Positions 9,686 to 20,017 of a DNA stretch of 64,000 bases are shown in pieces (position 1 is the stretch's first letter; each line of letters begins with the position of its first letter). Source of the stretch: a virus. Taxonomy: Duplodnaviria; Caudoviricetes. The notes beneath the pieces are model-generated. The model had not been told where the DNA came from, searched no databases, and was given only the letters and a program-made list of their open reading frames with translations. The stretch is taken from IMG/VR virus record IMGVR_UViG_3300032332_001510, positions 1 to 64,000 of that record, one strand, 5' to 3'. The translations under genes were made by a program, and so were the position numbers.

Positions 9686-10321
9686 TTAACCTAGCTCTTT
9701 TACGGCTTCTTGATCGCTTTGAGATTGTTCTTCTTCTACACCTGCTTGTAGCTTTTCAAGTAGTGCTTTGATTTCATCGGGGTTTGCACGAGGATATTTT
9801 TCATCAATAGGCAGTGCTTTTTCTGCTAATTCCGTTTCTTGTGCAGTTAGTTTACGTGGTTTGCAACGCAGTACTTGTAGTGTATATTCTACATTATAAG
9901 CAAGCGGGCCTGTTTTTACCCGTTTAAATACTACATCCCAACCTGTTTCTGGATCGGTAGGATCACCTAGATCTTCTGCTGCTGTAAGAATTTGTTCAAA
10001 TAGTTTCTTTTTAAGATTAAGAACTTTAACTTTACCCTCTTTAGGGTCAATACAGTTAACTGCATAACTCCAGCTACAGCGTAGGTCTTGATGGAACTCA
10101 GGAACCCAATCTTTTTCTAGATTGTCAAACTTTTCCTTTTCACGACTAAAGGCCAAGCATTCAATAGGAATGTCTTTGTTATTAGTACCTTTGACCCAGT
10201 AAACATAGCGTGGTAATACGCCGCCAATTAAACGAACAGTATTTTCGCCGTCTTTGTATTCATAGCTTTCAACTGAACTTTTTTGTGCGCGGCCTTTGGT
10301 TTGCTTAAAGCTTAGTGCCAT
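9686..10321 (-). CDS. D11: ssDNA-binding protein (T5 D11-like)
   Basis: Synteny; acidic tail; DLGDPTDPETGWDV motif. Confidence 0.8.
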   Translation of the reverse strand: MALSFKQTKGRAQKSSVESYEYKDGENTVRLIGGVLPRYVYWVKGTNNKDIPIECLAFSREKEKFDNLEKDWVPEFHQDLRCSWSYAVNCIDPKEGKVKVLNLKKKLFEQILTAAEDLGDPTDPETGWDVVFKRVKTGPLAYNVEYTLQVLRCKPRKLTAQETELAEKALPIDEKYPRANPDEIKALLEKLQAGVEEEQSQSDQEAVKELG

Positions 10322-10323
10322 TT

Positions 10324-10710
10324 TTAAACTTCCTCGTGTATAAATTTAATTTGTTTGTTAGCAATTATTAAAAGCGGGTTTGATTTTATATTGTTTAAAT
10401 CAATGTCAGGATATAGTGTTAAGTCTACAGATTTAATCTGATAGGTTTTATATAAACCGTAATTTCTTAATGCAGCTAATCTAATGTACTGTGCTCTATA
10501 TGCTGAGTCAATGCCCGTGTGTTTAAAAAACGGTTCAGGTTTTAGTAAAAAACTACTACCTGCCCGTAATCTCTGCAATGGCTTATATTTTTCATATTTG
10601 TTTTTTGGTATAGTTATGCCTTTATAGAATTTATGCAAGGCTTCAACCATATACTCAGGGTCACCTAGTGTGTCTCTGAGTAAAACATTAAAATTAAAAA
10701 ATAAAGTCAT
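10324..10710 (-). CDS. conserved T5-like hypothetical protein
   Basis: Position between D10 and D11 as in T5-like phages. Confidence 0.7.
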   Translation of the reverse strand: MTLFFNFNVLLRDTLGDPEYMVEALHKFYKGITIPKNKYEKYKPLQRLRAGSSFLLKPEPFFKHTGIDSAYRAQYIRLAALRNYGLYKTYQIKSVDLTLYPDIDLNNIKSNPLLIIANKQIKFIHEEV

Positions 10711-10768
10711 TTTTAGGATTTAAGAATATATTATAGCACAATGTGCGTGGATTTACAAGTGTAAATTT

Positions 10769-12064
10769 TTATACCAGTTCAATGTCCCAGCCTTTACGCA
10801 TATAAAATCCAAGTCTATCCCTATTTTGTTTTTTATCCATAAAACCTGAAAATTGCATATCTAATACTAGTGGAACTAGTTTATCCTCATGTTCACGTTG
10901 AATTCTGCCAACAATTTGCTCTAGTAAACTATCATTTGCAATAGGTACAGCTAAGATAACGCAACTAAGAGAATTTATGGAGATACCTTCACTAAAGATT
11001 TGTCTGCTACCAGCAATGCACATTTTTTCTTTTGTGAGCAGCTGTTGTTTAATTTGTTGACGTTGTTCAAAGTTGGTTTCACCAGTAACCAACACGCATG
11101 TTTCTCCAACATATTCTTTTACCTTTTGTAGAAATCCAACTCTATCTGCAATAACTAATACTTGATGCCCAAGCGCAACTTGAATTTTTGCTAGTCCAGC
11201 AATAAATGCCTGATAATCTTCATCTTCAGTAAGATCGTTAATTTTTTCTACCCAAGTAGCTCCAGGTTTTAATGTAATACCTGTTTGTACTAGTTTAACC
11301 TTAGGATTTAGTGTGTGTGATTGTGGCGGTTTGTAGATTTTACTGCCAAAAAAGTCAGAAAACATTATGTGTTTACCGTCTTTTCTGATCATAGTTCCAC
11401 TTAGTGCTATTCTATAACGAGCATGAAAATCATCTATTAATTGTGAAAAAGTACTAGCAGGGCAATGATGTGCTTCATCTAAGATTATAGTACCAAATTC
11501 TTTTGCCAGTTTAGCACTATGTTTTATTAGAGTTTGTACATTGGCTACAGTAATAGCATGATCTTCCCAGTTCATGCTACCACCACCTATAATGCCTGCT
11601 TGCATACCAAATAACACTTCAACTTCTTCGCGCCACTGATCTCGCAATGCAGTGGTGTGTGTAACTACTAGTGTTTTTTGACCTAATTTTTTAGCTACAT
11701 GCAGTGCAGTAAAAGTTTTGCCCCAACCTACTAGTGCGTTAATAAAACAAGTATCCGTAATTTCATCATAGACTACCTGTTGTGTGTCCCGTAATGCAAA
11801 TTTAGGACTAGGAAAAGGTGCTGGTACTTGTGTACGTTTATCTACAATTTCATAGCCTTTGGGTATTAGGTCTAGTCTGCCCTGTGGAATACTCAAGATA
11901 TTTTTAGGCAAAATTTTATAGTTTCTGATAGTTTCTACTGTACTAAACTGCTTACTGCCTGTGTCCTTGTGGATTTTATATGTAAGCGTTTTTATAATCT
12001 GCTTGGTTTCTTCTACGCCGGGATTATCCAAATAGATTCTGTTAGATATAATTGCTTTAGCCAC
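10769..12064 (-). CDS. D10: SF2 DNA helicase (T5 D10/UvsW-like)
   Basis: VGWGKT, DEAHH, LSGT, QIVGRIQR motifs. Confidence 0.92.
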   Translation of the reverse strand: MAKAIISNRIYLDNPGVEETKQIIKTLTYKIHKDTGSKQFSTVETIRNYKILPKNILSIPQGRLDLIPKGYEIVDKRTQVPAPFPSPKFALRDTQQVVYDEITDTCFINALVGWGKTFTALHVAKKLGQKTLVVTHTTALRDQWREEVEVLFGMQAGIIGGGSMNWEDHAITVANVQTLIKHSAKLAKEFGTIILDEAHHCPASTFSQLIDDFHARYRIALSGTMIRKDGKHIMFSDFFGSKIYKPPQSHTLNPKVKLVQTGITLKPGATWVEKINDLTEDEDYQAFIAGLAKIQVALGHQVLVIADRVGFLQKVKEYVGETCVLVTGETNFEQRQQIKQQLLTKEKMCIAGSRQIFSEGISINSLSCVILAVPIANDSLLEQIVGRIQREHEDKLVPLVLDMQFSGFMDKKQNRDRLGFYMRKGWDIELV

Positions 12065-12591
12065 TATACTAACCTATGCGTTGTTTTAAATGCTTCATTA
12101 TAAAATCCATATAATATATGACCCAAACCCCAGCGCAGTATACCAGCATAGTACTGATCTGGTTTAGGTGCATACATACACTTAAATCGCTGTGGTAGAC
12201 CTTGCACTTCTACTATAGCACCCATACCCTCAAGCGGCAAAACTTTTATAATCTTGTGCGCAGCCAGCTTGGCGCGGCTAGATTTTCTGTACTGAAATAC
12301 TTTTCCGGTGTTATCAATAAACCATGTAGTTTGTTTAGCTATTTTAATTAAGTCGCCTAAAAAGTATATGGCTTGATGTATAGGAAAAAGTTTAGCGCCT
12401 ACTATGGCTAATCTGCGCAGGCCTAGTGTAGTTCCCTGCACAGATTTATCATCAACAATACGCAAACCTATCTTAGTTTCTAGCGACTCCTTGTCTACAT
12501 ACTCTTTTGAGTAGTAGACAAGGTTTTCTTCTACAATGGGTTTATGTTCGCCCAATCTAAACACGGGCCAGCTTATCTCCAGTAAGTTCAT
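12064..12591 (-). CDS. conserved T5-like hypothetical protein
   Basis: ORF between pol and D10; start uncertain. Confidence 0.65.
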   Translation of the reverse strand: MNLLEISWPVFRLGEHKPIVEENLVYYSKEYVDKESLETKIGLRIVDDKSVQGTTLGLRRLAIVGAKLFPIHQAIYFLGDLIKIAKQTTWFIDNTGKVFQYRKSSRAKLAAHKIIKVLPLEGMGAIVEVQGLPQRFKCMYAPKPDQYYAGILRWGLGHILYGFYNEAFKTTHRLV

Positions 12592-14839
12592 ACTGCACCT
12601 CAAAATCTCCAAAGCTGTAGTCATCGCCTACGTCTTGGTCAACACCAATAGGTGTACTTGGAATACTGCAGCCGTGATCATGCTGAGTATTTAATTTAAG
12701 TATTTGGCAGTAATTTTCAACGTGTTCGGCTTTTACTACAGCCACAATAGAGTCATGTACAAGCATAAAGATTTTTGCATCTAGGCCTTCTTGCACAATA
12801 TGCCTAGCAGTACGCATAGCGGCTAATAAGTTTACATCACTGGCTAGTGATTGAACTTCGGCATTAATACCACTGCGTACTTCATGTGCTGCAATACCCT
12901 TGTCACTGCTAAACACATTAGGCAGTCTACGTTTACGGCCAAAAAATGAATAAGTAAACCCATTTTGCTCAATAAAACTTTTACGTTCATCTAGCCAGCG
13001 TTTTAGTTTGCTAAATTTAGTAAAGTACGCCTTAATATCTTCACGGGCTTGCTCTACAGGATAAACTTCGCCAGTTGCCTTACTTACTGTCTGCGAAACT
13101 TTATTAGCACCACTACCATAAAGAATACCGAATGAGATTGCTTTAGCACTTTGACGCATACTGCCGTATTCTTTTTTAACCGCCTCTACAGGACACGGCA
13201 AACTAAAAACCATTTTAGCAATTGTGCTGTGAAAATCACCACCACTACTAAAAACTTGCTGTAAGTTTTTATCGCCGCTGAGTACAGCAGCATAATACAT
13301 CTCAGCAGTTGCTAAGTCTTGTGAGACTATTTTGTATCCAGCTGGTGCACGGATACAACCTTTGATGATTGGATTGTCACGTGGAATCTGCTGAGCGTTG
13401 AATTTGCCACTACTAGACAACCGGCCACTAGTGGTAAAAATAAGATTAAAATTTGTACGAATTCGCCCATCTTTGTCTAGCTCCGGTAGGATTTTTTGAA
13501 TATAGGTATTTTGAATTTTACTAAGCTGTCGCACTTTTAAGATCGCACCTGGCAGCTCGTGTTCTTCAGCAAGTTGTGCTAAAACCTCAGCATCAGTTGA
13601 AATTGCACCAGTACCAGTTTTCTTGCCAGTTGGCTCTAGACCCAAGTAGTCAAACAACACTTCGCGCAATTGCATTACACTATTAGGATTAAAGATTTTG
13701 CCACTAGCTTGCTCAAACTGTTTAACTGCATCAAAACCAAATACTACTTCTTTGGCAGTTTGAATCTGTTCGTCTAAGTATAGATTAGCTCTGGCCATAC
13801 GGTCTTTACAAATAGGAATACCTACTTCTTCCATATCCATTAGGAACAGTGTGCCATCCACCAGCAAGTTTTTATAAACCCAGCTAATTTTAGGGTTAGC
13901 CTGAACAAGCGGCCAAAACTTGTGAAACAGTTCGTAAGTTACTGCTGTGTCAATACTAGCATATTCACTGATAATATCAAATGGAATTAGGTCATAACTA
14001 AACTGCTCTTGTAGCAGGCCGTGCTGTGTGCAATAGTCACGTTTAAATTCATCTAGTGCACTATCATAGTCGCCGTAGTCCGTGTACTTTAGTGCTAATT
14101 GCTTTAGGCCATGACTGTCAGTTTCGTCTAGTGCATAGTGCATAACCATAGTGTCATGTACCTTGTCCCTAGGAAAATCAATAGCAAGATGGTATCTAAT
14201 CATTTTATAGTCAAATTTCATATTATGAAAAATGGTATAAAATTTATTGGCAATCTTTTGTAGGAGTTGGATACATTCCTCGTCCATGCAGTCTGTGGTA
14301 ATGTACCGGCCCTGTTTAGCCTTGTAGGTTAACGAGACTCCAAGTACGTATCCGTCCCGTGGGTATAGTGCAGTTGTTTCCGTGTCCCAAGCCACATAAC
14401 CTTGGGCATTGTCCAAGATTTCTTGTAAATAGGCTTTAGCTTGGTTTGTGTCATCAATACCAGCAAAATCACCAGTAGTAGGTGCAGCAACACTATCATT
14501 ATAATACTTGATTATCTTATCTACGGCTCGTTGAAAATCAGGCTTGCCTTCAGGTTTAAATGCCAACATAGCTGGATTTGTAATTGGCACAAACTTTTCC
14601 GCAACTAACTGACCAGCGTAGTTTGTTACACTGGTAACTTTAGCGTACTCTTTAGCAGCCTCAGCGCCTACTAGGATGATGAGATCATACGGCTTAGGGT
14701 CGAACTCTAGTGTAACGTCTTTTTTCAATAATTTTGTAATTGGCACCTGACTCATATGAAAATGTTCAAACTCAAACGGAAAATACTCCCTGTAGTTTGT
14801 ACGATTAGGTGCTTTATCAATTAGGGCGACTCGTTTCAT
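12557..14839 (-). CDS. pol: family A DNA polymerase with N-terminal UDG-like domain and 3'-5' exonuclease
   Basis: WDTET and FHNMKFD exonuclease motifs; SQDLATAEM motif A, RQSAKAISFGILYG motif B, LVHDS motif C. Confidence 0.96.
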   Translation of the reverse strand: MKRVALIDKAPNRTNYREYFPFEFEHFHMSQVPITKLLKKDVTLEFDPKPYDLIILVGAEAAKEYAKVTSVTNYAGQLVAEKFVPITNPAMLAFKPEGKPDFQRAVDKIIKYYNDSVAAPTTGDFAGIDDTNQAKAYLQEILDNAQGYVAWDTETTALYPRDGYVLGVSLTYKAKQGRYITTDCMDEECIQLLQKIANKFYTIFHNMKFDYKMIRYHLAIDFPRDKVHDTMVMHYALDETDSHGLKQLALKYTDYGDYDSALDEFKRDYCTQHGLLQEQFSYDLIPFDIISEYASIDTAVTYELFHKFWPLVQANPKISWVYKNLLVDGTLFLMDMEEVGIPICKDRMARANLYLDEQIQTAKEVVFGFDAVKQFEQASGKIFNPNSVMQLREVLFDYLGLEPTGKKTGTGAISTDAEVLAQLAEEHELPGAILKVRQLSKIQNTYIQKILPELDKDGRIRTNFNLIFTTSGRLSSSGKFNAQQIPRDNPIIKGCIRAPAGYKIVSQDLATAEMYYAAVLSGDKNLQQVFSSGGDFHSTIAKMVFSLPCPVEAVKKEYGSMRQSAKAISFGILYGSGANKVSQTVSKATGEVYPVEQAREDIKAYFTKFSKLKRWLDERKSFIEQNGFTYSFFGRKRRLPNVFSSDKGIAAHEVRSGINAEVQSLASDVNLLAAMRTARHIVQEGLDAKIFMLVHDSIVAVVKAEHVENYCQILKLNTQHDHGCSIPSTPIGVDQDVGDDYSFGDFEVQYELTGDKLARV

Positions 14840-14889
14840 TGATTCTCCAGTAATACTTTATTATAGCGTATTTGGCTAGTAAAGTCAAG

Positions 14890-15756
14890 TTATTTTTTAA
14901 TATATTCCGAAATGCTTTGCACATCAATCTGATCTAATTCGCCAGGATCTGTTCCGTCCGGCAATTTAATAATCTCTACTATAAACTCTAGTTCTTCAAG
15001 GGTTAGCTTTAAAGTTTCTGCTGCTTTTTCACCAGCACTATCGCCATCAAACAAAATATATATGTGCGTAACGCCTTGTACCTTATAAGGAAATAATTTT
15101 AACTTTGTATCTGCTTGTAGGGTATTTGTACCAAAGGTACACGCAACATTTTTTAAACCCTTGTCGTATAAGTTTAGCATATCAAATATTCCTTCCACTA
15201 ATACCAAGCTTTTATGTCCGCTGGGTATTTGTGGAGGAAATAGTGGAATTTGCACTTTACTAGGATAATTAATATATCTAGGATTACCATTGCTCAGTGT
15301 ATGCCTAGCAACATAAACTACGGTTTTACCAGTTATATCTTTTATAGGAAATATAATTCTGTCTTGTAGTTTTTCTACTTGGTGTGTGTAAAAAGCTTCA
15401 AAGTGCTTTAGTGTTTGCTGACTAATTCCACGAAAAGTTTTAGTATAGGGTGTAGCACCCGCAGGAAGATCTAATCCTACTGCCTGAGTTTTTAAATCTT
15501 GCAGTTTTTCTTTTAGTTTAGCTATTTTTATAGGTATAGGATTGGTAAAAACCCCATAATATTTAAATATATTGGTTTTAAAACCACAACTAAAACAGTG
15601 TGCTATTCCACTTATGCGATCTACACGAAAACTAGGATTTGTATCCGGGTGCTCTGGATTTAAACATTTGATTAAGTAATCTCGACCGGACACCTGGAAT
15701 TGCAATCCGTTTTTTTGAATCAAGTCTAAAACGGGATCCATCTCTATGCGTTCCAA
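14890..15756 (-). CDS. DNA primase (CHC2 zinc finger + TOPRIM)
   Basis: CLNPEH..CFSC zinc finger; VEGIFD and FDGDSAG TOPRIM motifs. Confidence 0.92.
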   Translation of the reverse strand: MERIEMDPVLDLIQKNGLQFQVSGRDYLIKCLNPEHPDTNPSFRVDRISGIAHCFSCGFKTNIFKYYGVFTNPIPIKIAKLKEKLQDLKTQAVGLDLPAGATPYTKTFRGISQQTLKHFEAFYTHQVEKLQDRIIFPIKDITGKTVVYVARHTLSNGNPRYINYPSKVQIPLFPPQIPSGHKSLVLVEGIFDMLNLYDKGLKNVACTFGTNTLQADTKLKLFPYKVQGVTHIYILFDGDSAGEKAAETLKLTLEELEFIVEIIKLPDGTDPGELDQIDVQSISEYIKK

Positions 15757-17126
15757 GGTAAATCAGTTGCGAGTTCTTGTGTTTGATTATCTTTTTTGCC
15801 CCCTGTTTTTTTAACAGGTTCTTTTTTAGATGGTTGATCAATACTTTGGGGGGATATTCTGAGTGTGTCCCAATCAATAGGGCAAGTAAATGCCATCTCT
15901 TTTCCCCCACGAATCTTTGTTGTTTCAAAACTAATTGCTTGTACGTCTTTTTCATGTGCTTCCATTACTAGCGCTATATCTGCTGCGTCTAAGATACCTT
16001 TAGCAAATCTTGCCTCACCACTAGCGTCAATTTGATATGGACTTACTATTACTACTTCGTATTTTCTGGCTAAGTTTTTTAATTTCTTTGAAACCTCAAT
16101 CTGGGGTTGCCAGTCATACTGACTATTGCCTTCTATAACAATCTGATTAATATAATCTACTACTACAACTGCTAGTTTATCGCCAAATTTTGCTTTAGTT
16201 TTACCAATATGCAGGTCAATAGCCCCTAGGGTCAAGTCTCTGTCATCAACAATAATCATCTGATTATCAGGCTTTAGTTTAAAATTTCTAATTAGTGTTT
16301 CTTCAAATTTAAATCTGTCACGATGTCGTAAAAACTCGTCTACTAAGCACTCTGCACCATCAAACATCTGTGATCTAACTTTAACTACTTGTAGCAATTC
16401 TTGATCTGTTAATCTATTTTGTTTTAAGTTTTGCAAGTTTACGTTAGCTAAGATTGCTAAGTTTCGTTGCATAGTCTCGTAAGCAGTCATCTCAATAGAA
16501 AAGTAAAGGCTACTATTTCCAGCCTGATACTGATTAACAAAAATATTGCTACTAGTAATACTTTTACCGCTACCTCGTTTACCCCCAATAAGAATAAGTT
16601 CTTGCCTAGCAACGCCGCCAAGAACAGCGTCAAAAGTATTGTTAAGGCCAAGATACACACGTTCTTTTTCCAAATCTTCTGGATGTTGAAACATCAACAT
16701 ATCAGCCATTGTAAAAACTTTTTCGCTAGTATGTGTTTTTTCTTCAATTGTAAGCGCAATTGTAGCTAAATTTTCTTTTATTTCATTGGAGTCGTAAAGC
16801 GGCAGTTTGTCTACAAATTTATCCAGTAATTTTACTGTTTCATTTTGTGTATAACTATCAATAAGTGCATCAAGTGCTATTTCTGCACTTACATCTGGTA
16901 TTTCAGTTAGCTTTAGCGTTGCTAGAGTTTTTGCTGCCGGACCTTCTCGCAGTGTAAGTTCTAAGTCATCAAAATTTGGTATAGCATTGTATTTTTCATA
17001 ATGCTTATTGATAACACTGTACAAGGACGAGTAAGCCGGATCTAAAAATACCAGCTTCAGCTTTGCCCAAATATCCAGGCTTTGCTCTTGAAGCAGTTTA
17101 TTTAAGACTACGGCTGAAACATCCAT
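15744..17126 (-). CDS. DnaB-like replicative helicase (T5 D6-like)
   Basis: GKRGSGKS, FSIEM, VVVDY motifs. Confidence 0.92.
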   Translation of the reverse strand: MDVSAVVLNKLLQEQSLDIWAKLKLVFLDPAYSSLYSVINKHYEKYNAIPNFDDLELTLREGPAAKTLATLKLTEIPDVSAEIALDALIDSYTQNETVKLLDKFVDKLPLYDSNEIKENLATIALTIEEKTHTSEKVFTMADMLMFQHPEDLEKERVYLGLNNTFDAVLGGVARQELILIGGKRGSGKSITSSNIFVNQYQAGNSSLYFSIEMTAYETMQRNLAILANVNLQNLKQNRLTDQELLQVVKVRSQMFDGAECLVDEFLRHRDRFKFEETLIRNFKLKPDNQMIIVDDRDLTLGAIDLHIGKTKAKFGDKLAVVVVDYINQIVIEGNSQYDWQPQIEVSKKLKNLARKYEVVIVSPYQIDASGEARFAKGILDAADIALVMEAHEKDVQAISFETTKIRGGKEMAFTCPIDWDTLRISPQSIDQPSKKEPVKKTGGKKDNQTQELATDLPWNA

Positions 17127-17127
17127 G

Positions 17128-17427
17128 TTAACCTACCTTAGATTCATTATCTATAAATACTTGGTCTACAATTTCTGTTACTTTATAAATAACTTGATCA
17201 CGCAAGCGTTTAATGTCTTGCTGATAGCTGCTGCCTTTATCAAATAGCATGCTTAATTGTTCATGCGTAATAAGCTGCTGTAAACCAAAATAGATATGAT
17301 CATAGGCCATTGTAGAATCAGGCATTACTTTAACCTGAGCTAAACGGCCATAGTTATGAACTGCTTGCTTTACTACTTCTTCCACAGTAAACGACTCTGA
17401 GTCGTGATAGGTAATTGTAACTTTCAT
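17128..17427 (-). CDS. hypothetical protein
   Basis: 99-aa ORF in operon with the helicase. Confidence 0.65.
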   Translation of the reverse strand: MKVTITYHDSESFTVEEVVKQAVHNYGRLAQVKVMPDSTMAYDHIYFGLQQLITHEQLSMLFDKGSSYQQDIKRLRDQVIYKVTEIVDQVFIDNESKVG

Positions 17428-17444
17428 TTACTGGTTTCCAAAGT

Positions 17445-17481
17445 AAAAAAGGCTGGGAGCCTATAAAAAACTCCCAGCCTT
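17445..17481 (-). terminator. intrinsic terminator after D5
   Basis: AAGGCTGGGAG...CTCCCAGCCTT hairpin plus T-run on the - strand. Confidence 0.85.
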
Positions 17482-17496
17482 ATTGCTTAACAACTA

Positions 17497-18243
17497 TTAA
17501 GCAGCAGCTTTTGCTTCTGCTTTGGCTTTTTTATCAGCGCCTTTATAGTCAGCAACGTTGATGCCACGACGGGTAAGTAGCGTACGAAGACCGCGCTCTG
17601 TTTTGTCAACTGCAGCTGCAATTTCTGCTACAGTCATACTGGCAATACGCTCGCCAAGGGCTACAACAGGATCAACCTGATCTTTAGCGTGTGATTCGCG
17701 CTGTGCAGGAATCTTTGCAATTTGGCCTTTGCGTGTAAGGCTAAGTGCCTTGCCACGAACTGAAGCAACAGTTTTACCAAGAGCTTGAGCAATATCTTCG
17801 ATAAACTGCCCGCGCTCAGCCATTTGTACAAATTTTGCTTCTTCGGCTTCTGTGTATGTGCGAGCAACTTCTACTTTTTCAGCAGGCTTTACTGAACCAG
17901 TTAGTTCAAGTGCAAGTAGTTTACCCTGAATTTGTTTAGCACTAAATTTGCCACTAGCAAATGTTTCGGCGATTTGCTTATAAGTAAACACGCCAGCGTT
18001 ATTAGTAACAAAGTTAAATAGTGAATGGCTTTCTTCATCGCTAAATGCGCTGACCTTTTCTTTAGCCATACTAACAACTTCGCGATCAAGTTGACGTAGT
18101 TTAGCAGCTACACTACGGGTGGAGATTTCCAGCGATTCAGCAGCCGCTTCGACTTTTTGAACCGACACAGGGGATTGATTTCCAACGATTTTTAGTAGTT
18201 CTGCTACGGCTTCGTCAGACCATTTTTTAAGTTTTTCAGTCAT
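17497..18243 (-). CDS. D5: T5 D5-like DNA-binding/transcription factor
   Basis: Repeated HTH-like units (STRSVAAKLRQL, TVASVRGKALSL, TERGLRTLLTRRG); start MTEKLKK overlaps the ligase B stop. Confidence 0.8.
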   Translation of the reverse strand: MTEKLKKWSDEAVAELLKIVGNQSPVSVQKVEAAAESLEISTRSVAAKLRQLDREVVSMAKEKVSAFSDEESHSLFNFVTNNAGVFTYKQIAETFASGKFSAKQIQGKLLALELTGSVKPAEKVEVARTYTEAEEAKFVQMAERGQFIEDIAQALGKTVASVRGKALSLTRKGQIAKIPAQRESHAKDQVDPVVALGERIASMTVAEIAAAVDKTERGLRTLLTRRGINVADYKGADKKAKAEAKAAA

Positions 18244-18997
18244 ATGTTTTCTCTTGTAAAAATTGTGATAAGTTTTCGATGATTGTAATACCAAGCTGAT
18301 CGGCTTTAGTACGTTTTGAGCTGCCTTTATTATCTTCATCAACTAAATAATTGGTTTGTTTGGTTACAGATTCAGTAACCTTAAATCCCATATTTTCTAG
18401 TGCTTTAGTGGCTTCCGCCTTAGTTTTAAATGAAGTTAGTTTACCAGTTATACAAACGGTTTTGCCGATTACATTGGCTACTGGTTTATTATCTGCCGTA
18501 AAGGAGAATGGCAAGAACTCCCTCATTTCCTGAAAATCTGTCTCTAGCCATGAGATTAGATTATTAGTAACTTTTTCTCCTAAACCTGCTTGTTTACACT
18601 GCTCCGGGGTAATCTCATCAATGTTGTTGACTACTTTTGCGAGTTTTTGTGCAGCTGTATTGCCTACTAGCGGAATACTAAAAGCAGGTAGGATGGTTGC
18701 TAAATCACTGTTGCGAGACTTATCAATTTCATCTAACAATTTTACTGCAATTTTTTCACTACCTAAAGATTCAATAATTTGATCTAGTTCGAGATAGTAA
18801 ATCTCAGTAACATCAGTTAGCTGAAGTTTCTCTAGTGTTTTAGCACCCATACCCTTGATGCCCAGTGTTTTACAAAAATGCTCTAACTTTTTACCCAGCT
18901 GTGCGCTACAGGCTTGATTACGACAAAAAAGTTGGTCGTTAACAAGCTCTAGGGTATAGTCGCAACACGGACAAGTAGTTGGAATTTTGATTTTCAT
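18236..18997 (-). CDS. ligB: NAD-dependent DNA ligase, C-terminal subunit (Zn finger, HhH, BRCT)
   Basis: CPCC...C..C zinc finger, HhH repeats, VCITGKL BRCT; split ligase as in T5. Confidence 0.88.
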   Translation of the reverse strand: MKIKIPTTCPCCDYTLELVNDQLFCRNQACSAQLGKKLEHFCKTLGIKGMGAKTLEKLQLTDVTEIYYLELDQIIESLGSEKIAVKLLDEIDKSRNSDLATILPAFSIPLVGNTAAQKLAKVVNNIDEITPEQCKQAGLGEKVTNNLISWLETDFQEMREFLPFSFTADNKPVANVIGKTVCITGKLTSFKTKAEATKALENMGFKVTESVTKQTNYLVDEDNKGSSKRTKADQLGITIIENLSQFLQEKTYD

Positions 18998-19063
18998 TGG
19001 GCGTTTTTCAAATTCAATAATGTATTATACAGTATAAGATGCTGTTTTGCAAGTCTAAATTTT

Positions 19064-20017
19064 CTATGCCTCTACCTTGTGCAATACGCAGGGAATAATT
19101 TCTCCTGCCCTGATAATAGCAACGGTATCTCCAATTTCCAGACCTAGGGCTTCAATGAATCCTGGGTTGTTAAGGGTAGCTCGGCTTACCATAGCATCAC
19201 CTACTAGCACAGGCTCAAGGATTGCTACTGGCGTTACTTTACCAGACTTACCCACTTGCCACTCAACATCCAGCAATTTAGTTTCTACATGGGCAGCACG
19301 CTCTTTGCGAGCATAGGCACCACGAGGATGTTTACTAGTATAGCCCAACTCTTCAAACTGGTGATTGTTATTGAGTCGAAAGACTACACCATCTGTGGGA
19401 TAGATTTTTTCTAAGTCAGTTTCTTGAACCGTATTAAAACCAAACTGCTTAAGCATACGCATATCTGCATCATAGGTTTGACCAACAAATGGCTGAACAC
19501 CGTATGCAAAGAAAGTAATTGCACGAGTGGAGAATTCACTAGTATCCTTAAGGTTAAGGGCACCAGCAGCATAGTTACGAGCATTGGCAATATGACTTGG
19601 AGCTACAATTTCACCAGTAACTTGTAGTACGCCAGTATACCTAATAAAGTGCGGAACTAGACTAGTGCTACTAAGCAGCTTGTCAGTAATTACTTGACCC
19701 TCTACTCCATCACCACGAGTCAATGCTTGCACTAGCTGACCGTCTACATATAGCAGGCTGATAGCAGCGCCGTCTAGTTTAACGCTCATGGTAACATCGC
19801 CCATGCCTGCTAAAGGATTAGGCTTGCCTTCATCCTCATAGTGCTTTTGCAGAGAATACATAGGATAGTAGTGCTTGCACTTAGTGCCTACAGCTTGTGC
19901 GCCTACGGCTGAATACTTTGCAGTTTCAGCTAGGCGATCAAACTGTTCGTCACTAATAATAGGAAAGCCTGTGTAGTAGGCTTGACTTGCTGCATCTAAA
20001 TACTGTTTAATACTCAT
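19064..20017 (-). CDS. ligA: NAD-dependent DNA ligase, adenylation/OB subunit
   Basis: KLDG, TRGDG.EG, DGVVFR, VGKSGKVTP motifs. Confidence 0.92.
   Translation of the reverse strand: MSIKQYLDAASQAYYTGFPIISDEQFDRLAETAKYSAVGAQAVGTKCKHYYPMYSLQKHYEDEGKPNPLAGMGDVTMSVKLDGAAISLLYVDGQLVQALTRGDGVEGQVITDKLLSSTSLVPHFIRYTGVLQVTGEIVAPSHIANARNYAAGALNLKDTSEFSTRAITFFAYGVQPFVGQTYDADMRMLKQFGFNTVQETDLEKIYPTDGVVFRLNNNHQFEELGYTSKHPRGAYARKERAAHVETKLLDVEWQVGKSGKVTPVAILEPVLVGDAMVSRATLNNPGFIEALGLEIGDTVAIIRAGEIIPCVLHKVEA

Noticed and set aside
18236-20017. NAD ligase in two ORFs as a pseudogene or frameshift
   Set aside because: A split ligase is the normal T5-type state; the second part has its own promoter and start
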